The translations under genes were made by a program, and so were the position numbers. 64,000 nt of DNA, from NCBI GenBank assembly GCA_031548195.1, contig JAVBRG010000042.1, forward strand, positions 566-64,565, given 5' to 3'. The stretch is from Planctomycetota bacterium (GTDB lineage: Bacteria; Planctomycetota; SZUA-567). Shown here piece after piece: positions 26,248 to 35,364 of the stretch; within the stretch, counting starts at the first letter, position 1; each line of letters begins with the position of its first letter. Below the pieces are notes generated by a model, which saw only the letters and a list, made by a program, of their open reading frames with translations, was not told the origin of the DNA and did no database searches.

Positions 26248-27798
26248 ATGCCGGAAATCATCCTGGAAGCCAGAAACATCACCAAACGTTTCGCCGGCAC
26301 CAAAGCCCTGGACGACGTGTCGGTCAGCCTGGAACGCGGGGAAATCCTCGCCCTTTTGGGCGAAAATGGGGCCGGCAAATCGACCCTGATGAAAATCGTC
26401 GCCGGCGCCTACCCGGCCGACGGCCACGAGGGGGAACTAATTGTCAACGGCCAGGTGAAACGCTTTCAATCCCCTTCCGACGCCGAGCGGGCCGGCATCG
26501 GCATGATTCACCAGGAAATCCTGGTCGAACCCGACATGAGCGTGGCCAAAAACATCATGCTGGGGCAATTTCCCCGTAAATTCCCGGGGCTGATCGATCA
26601 CCGCCGCTGCGAAGAGGAAGCCGCCCGCCACCTGGACGCCTTGGGCGTCGCCATCGACCCCAAGGCCATGGTGCGTAGCCTAGCCCCAAGTTACCGGCAA
26701 ATTGTCTGCATCGCCCGGGCCCTGTCCCGCAATCCCGCCGTGCTGATTCTCGACGAACCGACCTCCGCCCTCACCGAAGAGGAGACGAAACACCTCTTCG
26801 GCATCGTGCGCACCCTGAAGGAGCGAAATGTCTCCTGCATTTACATTTCCCACAAACTGAGCGAAGTTTTTGAAATCGCCGATCGCATCGTGGTCCTGCG
26901 TGACGGCCGGGTCGTCTCCGGCTACCAGCGGGGCGACTTTAAACCGGGGACCATCATCGCCGACATCGTCGGCAACCGGCAAATGGAGGCGGGGGATCTC
27001 CAGCGTCCGGAACCGGGCCGGGAACTCCTGGGCGTCCGCGGCCTCTCCATTCCCTCCCCCATTGAAAAAGGGGGCTACCTGCTCCGCGGGATTGACCTCA
27101 GCCTCCGGGCCGGGGAAATCCTCGGCCTGGTCGGGATTGTCGGATCCGGCCGGAGCGAACTCCTGCGGGCGGTTTTCGGGGTGCAGGGGTTTTCGGAGGG
27201 GACGGTCAGTATCGAGGGCCGGGAAACGCGCATCCATTCCCCCACCGAGGCCATGGCCAAAGGGGTTTGCCTCCTGACCGAGGACCGCAAGTACGACGGT
27301 TACGTCAAGACCATGTCGGTTCTGGAAAACATGACCCTGACCGTCTTCGGCCGCTTCGCCCGGCTCCTAATCAATCACGCGCGGGAGCGTGAGGCGGCAG
27401 GGTCGACCTCGGAGCGTCTACAGGTGAAGGCTCCGTCACTGGACGCGAACATCCTCTCCCTGTCCGGCGGCAATCAGCAGAAGGTGCTTCTGGCCAAACA
27501 GCTGATGGCGGAGCCGAAGGTGCTCCTGTTGGACGAACCGACCCGCGGCGTCGACGTCGGCACCAAGAAGGAATTTTACCGCATGATGCGGGATTTGACC
27601 CGGCAGGGGATGGGCATCGTCGTGGTGTCGTCGGAACTGCCGGAAATCATCGAGGTCTGCGACCGATCTGTGGTGCTGTCGGGCGGGCGGATCGTGGCCC
27701 GGCTGGAAAGGGGCGAAGCCGACGAACAGAAGCTGCTCCGCCTCGCCTCCGGGTTCAGCGCTCCGCAGCCGGTTTTGGCGACGAAGGGGGACGCGTGA
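26248..27798 (+). CDS. Sugar ABC ATP-binding protein (duplicated ATPase), system 3
   Basis: ATG at 26248 (MPEIILEARNITKRF). GENGAGKST, LSGGNQQK and LLDEPTRGVD motifs. Confidence 0.92.
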   Translation: MPEIILEARNITKRFAGTKALDDVSVSLERGEILALLGENGAGKSTLMKIVAGAYPADGHEGELIVNGQVKRFQSPSDAERAGIGMIHQEILVEPDMSVAKNIMLGQFPRKFPGLIDHRRCEEEAARHLDALGVAIDPKAMVRSLAPSYRQIVCIARALSRNPAVLILDEPTSALTEEETKHLFGIVRTLKERNVSCIYISHKLSEVFEIADRIVVLRDGRVVSGYQRGDFKPGTIIADIVGNRQMEAGDLQRPEPGRELLGVRGLSIPSPIEKGGYLLRGIDLSLRAGEILGLVGIVGSGRSELLRAVFGVQGFSEGTVSIEGRETRIHSPTEAMAKGVCLLTEDRKYDGYVKTMSVLENMTLTVFGRFARLLINHAREREAAGSTSERLQVKAPSLDANILSLSGGNQQKVLLAKQLMAEPKVLLLDEPTRGVDVGTKKEFYRMMRDLTRQGMGIVVVSSELPEIIEVCDRSVVLSGGRIVARLERGEADEQKLLRLASGFSAPQPVLATKGDA

Positions 27799-28823
27799 AC
27801 GGACGGGAACGTATCCAGGCCGCCCTGGACGGAAAGCTGGCGGACCAGGTGCCGGTGATGCTACATAACTTCCTCATGGCGGCGAAGGAAGCCGGTATAA
27901 GCCAGGCGGAATACCGTAGCCGGCCCGACCGGGCGGCCGCGGCGCATATCAGGGCGGTGGAGAAATACGCTTACGACGGAGTGGTGGTGGACATCGACAC
28001 GACCGCCCTGGCGGGGGCGATTGGGGTTGAGGTTGACGAACCGCCGGATCAGCCGGCGCATTGCCGGGCCGGGGGCTTATTGTCCGAGCTGGAGGATGTG
28101 GACGGTTTGAAACGGATTGACCTCCTCGCCAATGCCAAAATCGTGGCCTGGCTGGAGACGGCCCGGCGGCTGGCGGAGCATTTCCGGGGACAGGTGCATG
28201 TGCGGGGGAATTGCGATCAGGGACCGTTTTCCCTGGCTTGTCTGGTGAGGGGGACGGAAAATTTTCTGGCGGATTTGATGGACGAGGCGAACCATGCCGC
28301 CGCCGACCGGCTGATCGCCTATTGCGGCCGGGTGACCCGGGACTTTATCGCCTTGATGCTTGAGACCGGCGTGGATTCCGTTTCGAACGGCGACAGCATG
28401 GCCGGCCCGGCCCTGGTTTCCCCGGCCATTTACCGGCGCTTCGCCATGCGGCCGGAAAGTGAAGTCGCGGCGGCGGCCCGGGCCGGCGGCGGCAAATACC
28501 TGCTGCATGTCTGCGGCGACACCACGGCGATTCTCGACGATTTGTCCCGGACCGGCATCGATGGCCTGGAACTCGACTACCTCACCGATGTCGGCAAGGC
28601 GAAGGCGGCCCTGGCGGAGCGGATAACCTTTGTCGGGAACATCAATCCGGCGGGGGTTTTGGCGCATGGCGACGTCGGGACGGTACGCCGGGCGACGGAG
28701 GAATTGCTGGCCGTGTACGGCTCGTCGCCGCGATTCATCCTGAATGCCGGCTGCGCCATAACCGCCGACACCCCTTCGGAGAACCTCCGGACCATGGTCA
28801 GGGCGGCGCGGTCTTTCCGATAG
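27795..28823 (+). CDS. URO-D-family protein (uroporphyrinogen decarboxylase / MtaA-CmuA methyltransferase fold), paralogue 1
   Basis: 342 aa. The GTG start overlaps the ATPase stop (GTGA at 27795-27798), suggesting translational coupling. Family call made from overall similarity only (RIQAALDGK..DQVPV, HVCGDT). Confidence 0.7.
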   Translation: MNGRERIQAALDGKLADQVPVMLHNFLMAAKEAGISQAEYRSRPDRAAAAHIRAVEKYAYDGVVVDIDTTALAGAIGVEVDEPPDQPAHCRAGGLLSELEDVDGLKRIDLLANAKIVAWLETARRLAEHFRGQVHVRGNCDQGPFSLACLVRGTENFLADLMDEANHAAADRLIAYCGRVTRDFIALMLETGVDSVSNGDSMAGPALVSPAIYRRFAMRPESEVAAAARAGGGKYLLHVCGDTTAILDDLSRTGIDGLELDYLTDVGKAKAALAERITFVGNINPAGVLAHGDVGTVRRATEELLAVYGSSPRFILNAGCAITADTPSENLRTMVRAARSFR

Positions 28824-28826
28824 GGA

Positions 28827-29735
28827 TCATTCTTCCGTAGCGGTGCCGCCCCGCAGTAGGCGGTAGGAGGTGGGCGATTCGCCGGTTTTGTTTTTGAACT
28901 GGCGGGAGAAATAGTAGTAGTCGGAGAAGCCGCACAGAGTCGCCACCTGTGACAGGGGCATATTGGTCAGGCACAGGTAATACTCGGCCTTGGCGATACG
29001 CATGCGGATGAGATCGTCAATCGGATTGGCGTCGAAAAATTCGCGGTAGAGCTGGCTGAAACGCGATTGGCTCAAATGCACCCGGTCCGCCATGTCCTTC
29101 AGGGTCCAGGGTTCGGCCGAGTGTTCGCGCAGGGTGTCGCGGAGGGCGGTGAACCGGTCGCGAAGTTCGGCGCTCCGGGCCGACTTCAGCCGCACCGAAC
29201 CGCCACTGCCGATTTCCCGGGCCATTTCGATGAAGAAGCGTTCCACGCCGCTCCCGACCATCAGGCGCCAGAGTTTGCCCTGGTTCAGGTTTTCGCGTTG
29301 GAACATGTTCAGGAGGGGTTCGATGAAGGCGGAATCGCGGAGGTGCAGCGGCTGATTCAGGGGTATGCCGCAGGCTTCCAGGAGCTTCCCCGCCCATGGT
29401 CCGTGAAAGTGAAACCAGTTGTTTCCAAAAGGGGTGAAGAGGTCGCCGCCGAAGCATTGGGGATCGTCGGGACGAAATACGATGCAGCCTCCTTCGCGTT
29501 CACGGCGTTCCTCGCCGGCGACAAACAGGAAAGCGGGGGTGAGCCATTGCATGAAGGCGTAGTCCTGTGAGCCGCGGGGACGGTCGACCCTGAAGCCGGC
29601 GGGGTGATACCAGCGAATGCCGACGCTCTTGATTTCCACCGCCGGGAAGATATCCGGCGGTTTTTTTTGGGTTTGCGTCACGGATTGCCCTCCCCCGCCT
29701 GCCAAACCGCGAAAATCATCGGATCGTGCAAACAA
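28827..29735 (-). CDS. AraC-family transcriptional regulator
   Basis: C-terminal double HTH (LKDMADRVHLSQSRFSQLYREFF..., LSQVATLCGFSDYYYFSRQFKNKTGESPTSYR). N-terminal cupin-like sensor. The start is uncertain (TTG at 29735). Confidence 0.85.
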   Translation of the reverse strand: MFARSDDFRGLAGGGGQSVTQTQKKPPDIFPAVEIKSVGIRWYHPAGFRVDRPRGSQDYAFMQWLTPAFLFVAGEERREREGGCIVFRPDDPQCFGGDLFTPFGNNWFHFHGPWAGKLLEACGIPLNQPLHLRDSAFIEPLLNMFQRENLNQGKLWRLMVGSGVERFFIEMAREIGSGGSVRLKSARSAELRDRFTALRDTLREHSAEPWTLKDMADRVHLSQSRFSQLYREFFDANPIDDLIRMRIAKAEYYLCLTNMPLSQVATLCGFSDYYYFSRQFKNKTGESPTSYRLLRGGTATEE

Positions 29736-29849
29736 ACAGACATATTATCTATTGTCGTAATTTCCATCTGGTATCATAATACCCCCACTCAACAAATACA
29801 ATAGCTCCGGTAATTGCCGCCTGGCAAATCTTCAGCAGCAGGAGAAGCT

Positions 29850-30881
29850 ATGGAAAAACGTGAAGTAATCCGTCTGGTCCTTGAAGGCAAACCTCCCCCA
29901 TACGTACCCTGGCACTACAGCTTCACCGTGGAAATTCAGGAAACGCTGGAGAAACATTTCGGCGGCCCCGACGCGGTCGAAAAAGCCACCGAAAACCACA
30001 TCCTCGGCTTGGGCAGCGACATCGGTTTTTTCGATAATCTCGGCAACGACCGTTTTTGCGATGTCTTCGGCGTGGTCTGGAACCGCAGCGTCGACAAGGA
30101 TATCGGCATCGTAGAAAAAATCCTGCTGCCCGAGCCCACCCTGAACGGCTACACCTTCCCCAATCCCCGCGACCCGCGTTTCTTCGACCCCATCCCCGGC
30201 CTCATCGACAAATATCCCGACCGCTGGCGGGTCTTCCGCATCGGCTTTTCCCTGTACGAACGCGCCTGGACCCTCAGGGGCATGGAAGACCTGATGATGG
30301 ACTTCTACGAAAACCCCGATTTTGTCCGGGAACTCCTGAACGCCATCTGCGACTACAACCTGGCCCAGGTCGACGAAGCCCTCAAGTACGACATCGACGC
30401 CGTCTACTTCGGTGACGACTGGGGCATGCAGACCGGATTGCAGATGGGCCCGGCCTTGTGGCGGGAATTCATCCTGCCGGTCCTCAGGCGGATGTACGGC
30501 CGGGTCCAGGCCGCCGGCAAAATGGTGATGATCCATTCCTGCGGCAAAGTCGACGAACTCTTCGACGATTTGGTGGAAATCGGCCTGAACTGCTTCAATC
30601 CCTTCCAGCCCGAAGTGATGGACGTCTTCGCCTTGATGGATCGTTATCGCGGCCGCCTCGCCTTCCACGGCGGGTTATCCACCCAGAAGACCCTCCCCTA
30701 CGGCACGGTGGCCGAGGTGGCCGGGGAAACGGAACGCCTCCTGACGGCCGGAAAAAAGGGCGGTTACATTCTCGCCCCGGCCCACGCGGTGGAAGGGGAC
30801 GTGCCCCTCGGGAATATGCTGGAAGTCATCAATCTGGCCCGCAACCAGCCGACGTCGCCATGGCGGGGAAGCAGGGTGTGA
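29850..30881 (+). CDS. URO-D-family protein, paralogue 2
   Basis: ATG at 29850 after ggagaag. DDWGMQTGLQMGPALWREFILP..MIHSCGKV..FNPFQPEVMD is typical of the URO-D/MtaA fold. Confidence 0.72.
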   Translation: MEKREVIRLVLEGKPPPYVPWHYSFTVEIQETLEKHFGGPDAVEKATENHILGLGSDIGFFDNLGNDRFCDVFGVVWNRSVDKDIGIVEKILLPEPTLNGYTFPNPRDPRFFDPIPGLIDKYPDRWRVFRIGFSLYERAWTLRGMEDLMMDFYENPDFVRELLNAICDYNLAQVDEALKYDIDAVYFGDDWGMQTGLQMGPALWREFILPVLRRMYGRVQAAGKMVMIHSCGKVDELFDDLVEIGLNCFNPFQPEVMDVFALMDRYRGRLAFHGGLSTQKTLPYGTVAEVAGETERLLTAGKKGGYILAPAHAVEGDVPLGNMLEVINLARNQPTSPWRGSRV

Positions 30882-30936
30882 ATGTTCATTTCGCGGCGAA
30901 GGCCCGCATTTTAAAATGGAACCAGGAGAACAGACC

Positions 30937-31881
30937 ATGTCGAAATTTTCCGTAGCAGTCCTTTTCGTTCTTGCCCTGACGCTGGCAGCCACGGCAGCGG
31001 CGGCCGATCGGAAGATCGTCGTCGGCTTCTCGCAAATCGGCGCCGAAAGCGCCTGGCGCACCGCCGAGACGAACTCCATCAAATCGGAGGCGGAGAAACA
31101 GGGGGTCGAACTCGTCTTCTCCGACGCCCAGCAGAAACAGGAAAACCAGATCAAGGCGGTTCGCAACTTCATCACCATGGGCGTCGACGTCATCGGCCTC
31201 GCCCCGGTCGTCGAATCCGGCTGGGAGCCGGTCCTGCGCGAAGCCAAGGAGGCCGGCATCCCGGTAATCCTGGTGGACCGCAAGGTCGACGCCGACGAGT
31301 CCCTTTACGACAGCTACCTCGGCCCCAACGTCATCGAGGAAGGACGCAACGCCGCCCGCTGGCTGGCCAAGAAAATGCACGGCAAAGCCACCATCGTGGA
31401 ACTCCAGGGCACGGTCGGCGCCGCCCCCACCATCGAACGGAAGAAGGGCTTCGCCGAAATCCTGGCCAATTACCCCGACATGAAAATCATCAAGTCACAG
31501 AGCGGCGACTTCACCCGCGCCAAGGGCAACGAAGTCATGGAACAGTGGGTCAAGGCCGGCGACTTCGCCAACGTCAACGCCCTCTACGCCCACAACGACG
31601 ACATGGCGCTCGGGGCGATTCAGGCCCTGGAGGCGTCCGGCTTCAAGCCCGGCAAGGACATCGTCATCGTGTCGATTGACGGCGTTCGCGACGCCTTCGT
31701 GGCCATGGTCGAGGGTAAGCTCAACTGCACGGTCGAATGCAACCCGCTGCTTGGCCCCCAGTTCTTCAAGCTGGCGAAAATGGCGGCGGCCGGCGAAACG
31801 ATTCCCCGCTGGGAGGAATCGCACGAGGACGTCTACGACGAAACCACCGCCAAGGAAGTCCTCCCCACCCGGCTGTATTGA
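30937..31881 (+). CDS. ytfQ: YtfQ-like galactofuranose-type periplasmic binding protein
   Basis: Long collinear identity with E. coli YtfQ (GFSQ.G.ES.WR.AETN..KSEAEK.G; QQKQENQIKAVR; GWEPVL.EAK.A.IPV; VELQGTVGA...RKKGFAE; SQSGDFTR.KG.EVME; YAHNDDM..GAIQA). Confidence 0.9.
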   Translation: MSKFSVAVLFVLALTLAATAAAADRKIVVGFSQIGAESAWRTAETNSIKSEAEKQGVELVFSDAQQKQENQIKAVRNFITMGVDVIGLAPVVESGWEPVLREAKEAGIPVILVDRKVDADESLYDSYLGPNVIEEGRNAARWLAKKMHGKATIVELQGTVGAAPTIERKKGFAEILANYPDMKIIKSQSGDFTRAKGNEVMEQWVKAGDFANVNALYAHNDDMALGAIQALEASGFKPGKDIVIVSIDGVRDAFVAMVEGKLNCTVECNPLLGPQFFKLAKMAAAGETIPRWEESHEDVYDETTAKEVLPTRLY

Positions 31882-31977
31882 AAACTTGTTGCCCCCCCCC
31901 AATTTCAAGAAGATCCTGAAGGATGAAGGCTTCATCGAATGAGGGGTGGCGCCGGGGCCCGAACTTTTTATACAAAA

Positions 31978-32006
31978 GCGAGCGGGGCTTTCCCGCTCGC
32001 TTTCTT
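31978..32006 (+). terminator. Rho-independent terminator
   Basis: gcgagcgggg cttt cccgctcgc followed by tttctt, between convergent genes. Confidence 0.7.
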
Positions 32007-32071
32007 AATGTCCCGGCTGTTTTGACGCGACCGCCCGGCCGTAAGCGGAGGCGTCCTAACGCGTCCACGCC

Positions 32072-33469
32072 TCAACTCCGCCGGGTGTTCATGAACCACA
32101 GCCAAATGCCAATCAGCACCACCAGGACGTCCGGCACCCAAATCACCCAATATGGCATCAATCCCCGCGACACCTGCGCCTCGGCGCTTTTAAGCGCCAG
32201 AAAAAAAGCTCCCGCCGTGGCAATGCCCCAAACGAACGACGCGACCAAAGTCCCCCGGGTGCGCATCCCCAGGGGTATCCCCAAAACGGCAAATGCGAAA
32301 CAGGAAAAACACAGGGCGAGGCGCATGTTGATTTCCCCCGTCCGGTCCTGCACCAGCATCCGCTGCGTCCTGAGCATGTCCCCCGCCACCACCCGCTGCG
32401 GTTCCGACAGGGCCTCCATGTCGAGGCTTTCCAATTCCCTCACCTTGTCCTCCGCTTCGCGGCGGGTGTCCGACAGCATCAGAATCGGCCAGAAGGCGGT
32501 CCGATTCGAGTGAATCGTCACGTCCGGACGGCCGCCCAGCACCACCCGCTCCTCGCCGGATTCGCCGTCGGCGATAAAGGTTTTATTGAGGTCCGTGATG
32601 TGCAGGTCCTGGAAAATCGGCCGGATGACCTGCATTTTCATGGTCATCTCCTGCCCCGGGACATTGGCGAAATCCTTGATCTCGTGGTCCCGCGCGACAA
32701 TCCGTTTCGCGGGATAGGGATAGCGCGGATCCCATACGAAATCCGGCCCGACCTCGCCCGCCGGCGCCACATTGAAGCGGGTGATGTCCAAACTCGCCCG
32801 GCCCTCGGGGTCCCGCGACGGGTCGACCTTCGACATGGCGATGAATTCCGAACCGGTCGGAACGGTGATGTTCCCGGGCCGGCTAATCATCCGCCGGAGA
32901 ATGTTCGCCTGATCGTCCAGGACCAAACGCTCGATATTGCGGATGGCCGGCATCAACGCCACTTCGTTCAGGGTCAGGGTGATGAAAATCGCGAGAATGG
33001 AGGTCAACAGCGCCGGCAGCATCAGCCAGAACGGGTTCACCCCCCCGGCGTAGGCGGCGAGAATTTCATTGTCCTTCGACAGCCGGGAGTAACACATGAG
33101 GATGCCGGTGATAATTCCCAAAGGGAGGACGAACGGGCAAATCATCGGGATGAAATTGGGGAGCACCCGCGCCAGAGTGTAGGGGCCGATGCCGTCGCGC
33201 ATCACCTGCCCGGCGAATACCGCCATGAGAATGGCGGAGAAGACCAGGGTCGAGAGGACGACCCCTTTCAGCAGTTCCCGGAGAATGTAGGCCGGCAGGG
33301 TCACCAGGCGGGAGAAGATCCGCCGTCCCGACAGGGTGGTGTCCTCCCAGGCGTCGGGGGTGAGGTAATGGAATCCGGTCTGGCTGACCGCCGCCTCGTT
33401 CCCCGGGCCGGCGGGGGCGTTTTCCGGTGGGTTTTTCCCGACAATCCTCAGTCCGCCTTTGTTATCCAC
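32072..33469 (-). CDS. LptF/LptG-family (YjgP/YjgQ) permease
   Basis: YILRELLKGVVLSTLVFSAILM near the N-terminus. 6-TM architecture with a periplasmic beta-jellyroll insert. GTG start at 33469 is uncertain. Confidence 0.8.
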   Translation of the reverse strand: MDNKGGLRIVGKNPPENAPAGPGNEAAVSQTGFHYLTPDAWEDTTLSGRRIFSRLVTLPAYILRELLKGVVLSTLVFSAILMAVFAGQVMRDGIGPYTLARVLPNFIPMICPFVLPLGIITGILMCYSRLSKDNEILAAYAGGVNPFWLMLPALLTSILAIFITLTLNEVALMPAIRNIERLVLDDQANILRRMISRPGNITVPTGSEFIAMSKVDPSRDPEGRASLDITRFNVAPAGEVGPDFVWDPRYPYPAKRIVARDHEIKDFANVPGQEMTMKMQVIRPIFQDLHITDLNKTFIADGESGEERVVLGGRPDVTIHSNRTAFWPILMLSDTRREAEDKVRELESLDMEALSEPQRVVAGDMLRTQRMLVQDRTGEINMRLALCFSCFAFAVLGIPLGMRTRGTLVASFVWGIATAGAFFLALKSAEAQVSRGLMPYWVIWVPDVLVVLIGIWLWFMNTRRS

Positions 33470-33518
33470 TTCGTTACACTCCTTCGGCCGCCGGGGCTGC
33501 TCAGGGCTGATTTTATTG

Positions 33519-34589
33519 CTAGGCGAGTCCCGTACCGCGGCGGTGTTTAAGCCGTTCCTTGAAGAAAGCGGTCTCGCCGGCGATGTCGCGGGTGCGAGTT
33601 ATTTCCGCCCCTACCGCCACGGCTCGGGCGCCGGCGTCCAGGACTGGCTCCAGTCTGTCCCGGTTCACCCCGCCCGCGCAGAATACCGGCAATTTGTCCC
33701 ACCGGGACAATTCGCTGACCAAGGTCAAACCGCCCGAGTCGCCGGACCGGTTCAGATCATTTGCGAACAACGGTCCATTCTCCACATAATCGGCGCCGGC
33801 CGCGAACGCTTTTTCCCCGCCGGACACTCCGCCGCCGGAGAGGCCGATGATTTTTTCCGGCCCGACCAACCGCCGGGTAAGATTGACCGGCAGACCCTCC
33901 GGTCCCTGCCGCACGCCGCCGGCGTCGAGCAAGGCGGCGATATGCGGGCGTCCGTCGGTTATGAAAATCACCCGCTTTTCGCGGCAGAGTTCGAGGATTT
34001 CCCCGGCCCGGCGCTGGAACTCGCCGTCCCCCATTTCCGCCGCGCCGAATTGCAGCATATCCGCGCCGCCGGCAATAGCCTCCCGCGCGGCGGCCAGCGA
34101 ATCGGCGGCTCCGCCTTCCGGGCAGATTTTTACCGCCAGCATGGCGGCGGCCAGGCGTCGCCGCAGGGTTCCCTCCGCCAATAGCATCGGCTCGACGTCA
34201 TAAAGCCCGTAGCGGATTTTTTCAAACTCCCCGGCCAGAACCGGATTGACGATTTTCCCATACTCCGACAGGGTCCTGAGGGCTTCGGCCGCCCGCCGGC
34301 TGGCGGCGGCGGCGACAGAGAGGGCATTCGGCCGGCTGAATTCGCCTTCGGTCTTTATCCCCGCCCCGACGTCGCCGGCGATGTCCCGGTGGGCCAGGGG
34401 CCGTTCCTCCGCCGGCAACGCCGCCGCCCAGGCTTTGGCGACGCCGGCCAGATCATGCCGCAGATTTTTGCAGCGTCCCGCCAGGGCCGGCGACTCCTGG
34501 ATGAAGCGGGCGTATTCCTCAAGCGTCCGCAAAGCTTCGCCGGCGCGGTTCAGATTGACGTCGATTATTCTGGCGACGGGATTGTTCAC
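33519..34589 (-). CDS. thiE: Thiamine-phosphate synthase with N-terminal ThiE-associated domain
   Basis: 356 aa. The C-terminal half is a TMP-TENI fold (GADYVENGPLF..., VFCAGGV..., VAVGAEI). GTG start. Confidence 0.8.
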   Translation of the reverse strand: MNNPVARIIDVNLNRAGEALRTLEEYARFIQESPALAGRCKNLRHDLAGVAKAWAAALPAEERPLAHRDIAGDVGAGIKTEGEFSRPNALSVAAAASRRAAEALRTLSEYGKIVNPVLAGEFEKIRYGLYDVEPMLLAEGTLRRRLAAAMLAVKICPEGGAADSLAAAREAIAGGADMLQFGAAEMGDGEFQRRAGEILELCREKRVIFITDGRPHIAALLDAGGVRQGPEGLPVNLTRRLVGPEKIIGLSGGGVSGGEKAFAAGADYVENGPLFANDLNRSGDSGGLTLVSELSRWDKLPVFCAGGVNRDRLEPVLDAGARAVAVGAEITRTRDIAGETAFFKERLKHRRGTGLA

Positions 34590-34610
34590 GGCTTTTCCTG
34601 TAGGGAATAT

Positions 34611-35180
34611 TCAACAAACCCGCTTCCGATCCTCACCTTTGAGGATCTCCTCCATCGCCGCGATAATCTCCTCCGGCTCCGCCATCCGGCCAATTCCCAC
34701 GTCGCCGCAGGCCAAATTGCCCGTCTCCGGCCCGACGAAACGGTAGCCGTCACCGCGGAGTATTTTCATATTTCTCTGTGTCGCCGCCGCCGTCCACATC
34801 CCGCAATTCATCGCCGGGGCGATCAGGACCGGCTTCTTGGTGCAGAGGAGCACACCGGTCAGCAAATTGTCGGCGATGCCGCAAGCCAGTTTCGCCATGG
34901 TGTTCGCGGTGCAGGGCGCCACGACGATTAAATCCGGCCGCTCCGCCAAGGCGATATGCTCCGGCCGCCGTTCCGCCTGCCAGGGATTATGGTACACCGA
35001 CCGGTGAGTTATCGATGCGAACAGGAGGGGCTGGACAAACTCCATCGCGCCGGGGGTCATCGCCACGTCCACTTCCGCCCCGGCCTGCACGAGTTTACTC
35101 GCCATGCCGACCGCCTTGTAAACCGCCACGCCGCCGGTGACGCCCAGTAAGATGCGCTTCCCTTGCCAGAATGAACTCAT
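34611..35180 (-). CDS. coaC: Phosphopantothenoylcysteine decarboxylase-type flavoprotein (CoaC domain only)
   Basis: GVTGGVAVYKA, APCTANTMAKLACGIADNLL and PAMNCGMW motifs. 189 aa with no CoaB half. Confidence 0.88.
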   Translation of the reverse strand: MSSFWQGKRILLGVTGGVAVYKAVGMASKLVQAGAEVDVAMTPGAMEFVQPLLFASITHRSVYHNPWQAERRPEHIALAERPDLIVVAPCTANTMAKLACGIADNLLTGVLLCTKKPVLIAPAMNCGMWTAAATQRNMKILRGDGYRFVGPETGNLACGDVGIGRMAEPEEIIAAMEEILKGEDRKRVC

Positions 35181-35200
35181 GGGGACGTTTCTCTTTCTAT

Positions 35201-35330
35201 CTGAAGTTTTGCAAAGTGGCGATTAAACCGCCAATCGCCACTTTGCAAAAATTTTTTTTGCCTGAATTGCAAAGGTTTTTGACTTTACAAAATCGCCATT
35301 CGGCGGTTTGAATGGTGCTTTTGCAACCGC
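35201..35330. repeat. ~130-bp composite intergenic repeat (two opposed REP-like hairpins); second copy at 43235-43362
   Basis: Hairpin 1 at 35207-35250 has an 18-bp stem, ttttgcaaagtggcgatt/aatcgccactttgcaaaa. Hairpin 2 at 35288-35323 is atcgccattcggcggtttgaatggtgc. Collinear with 43235-43362. Confidence 0.85.
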
Positions 35331-35364
35331 AGCTTCACCACTTTTTTTACCGCTTCCCTTCCCG

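Noticed and set aside
34590-34610. TPP riboswitch upstream of thiE
   Set aside because: Only 21 nt separate thiE from coaC. No CUGAGA...ACCUGA-type TPP aptamer is present here or upstream of coaC.
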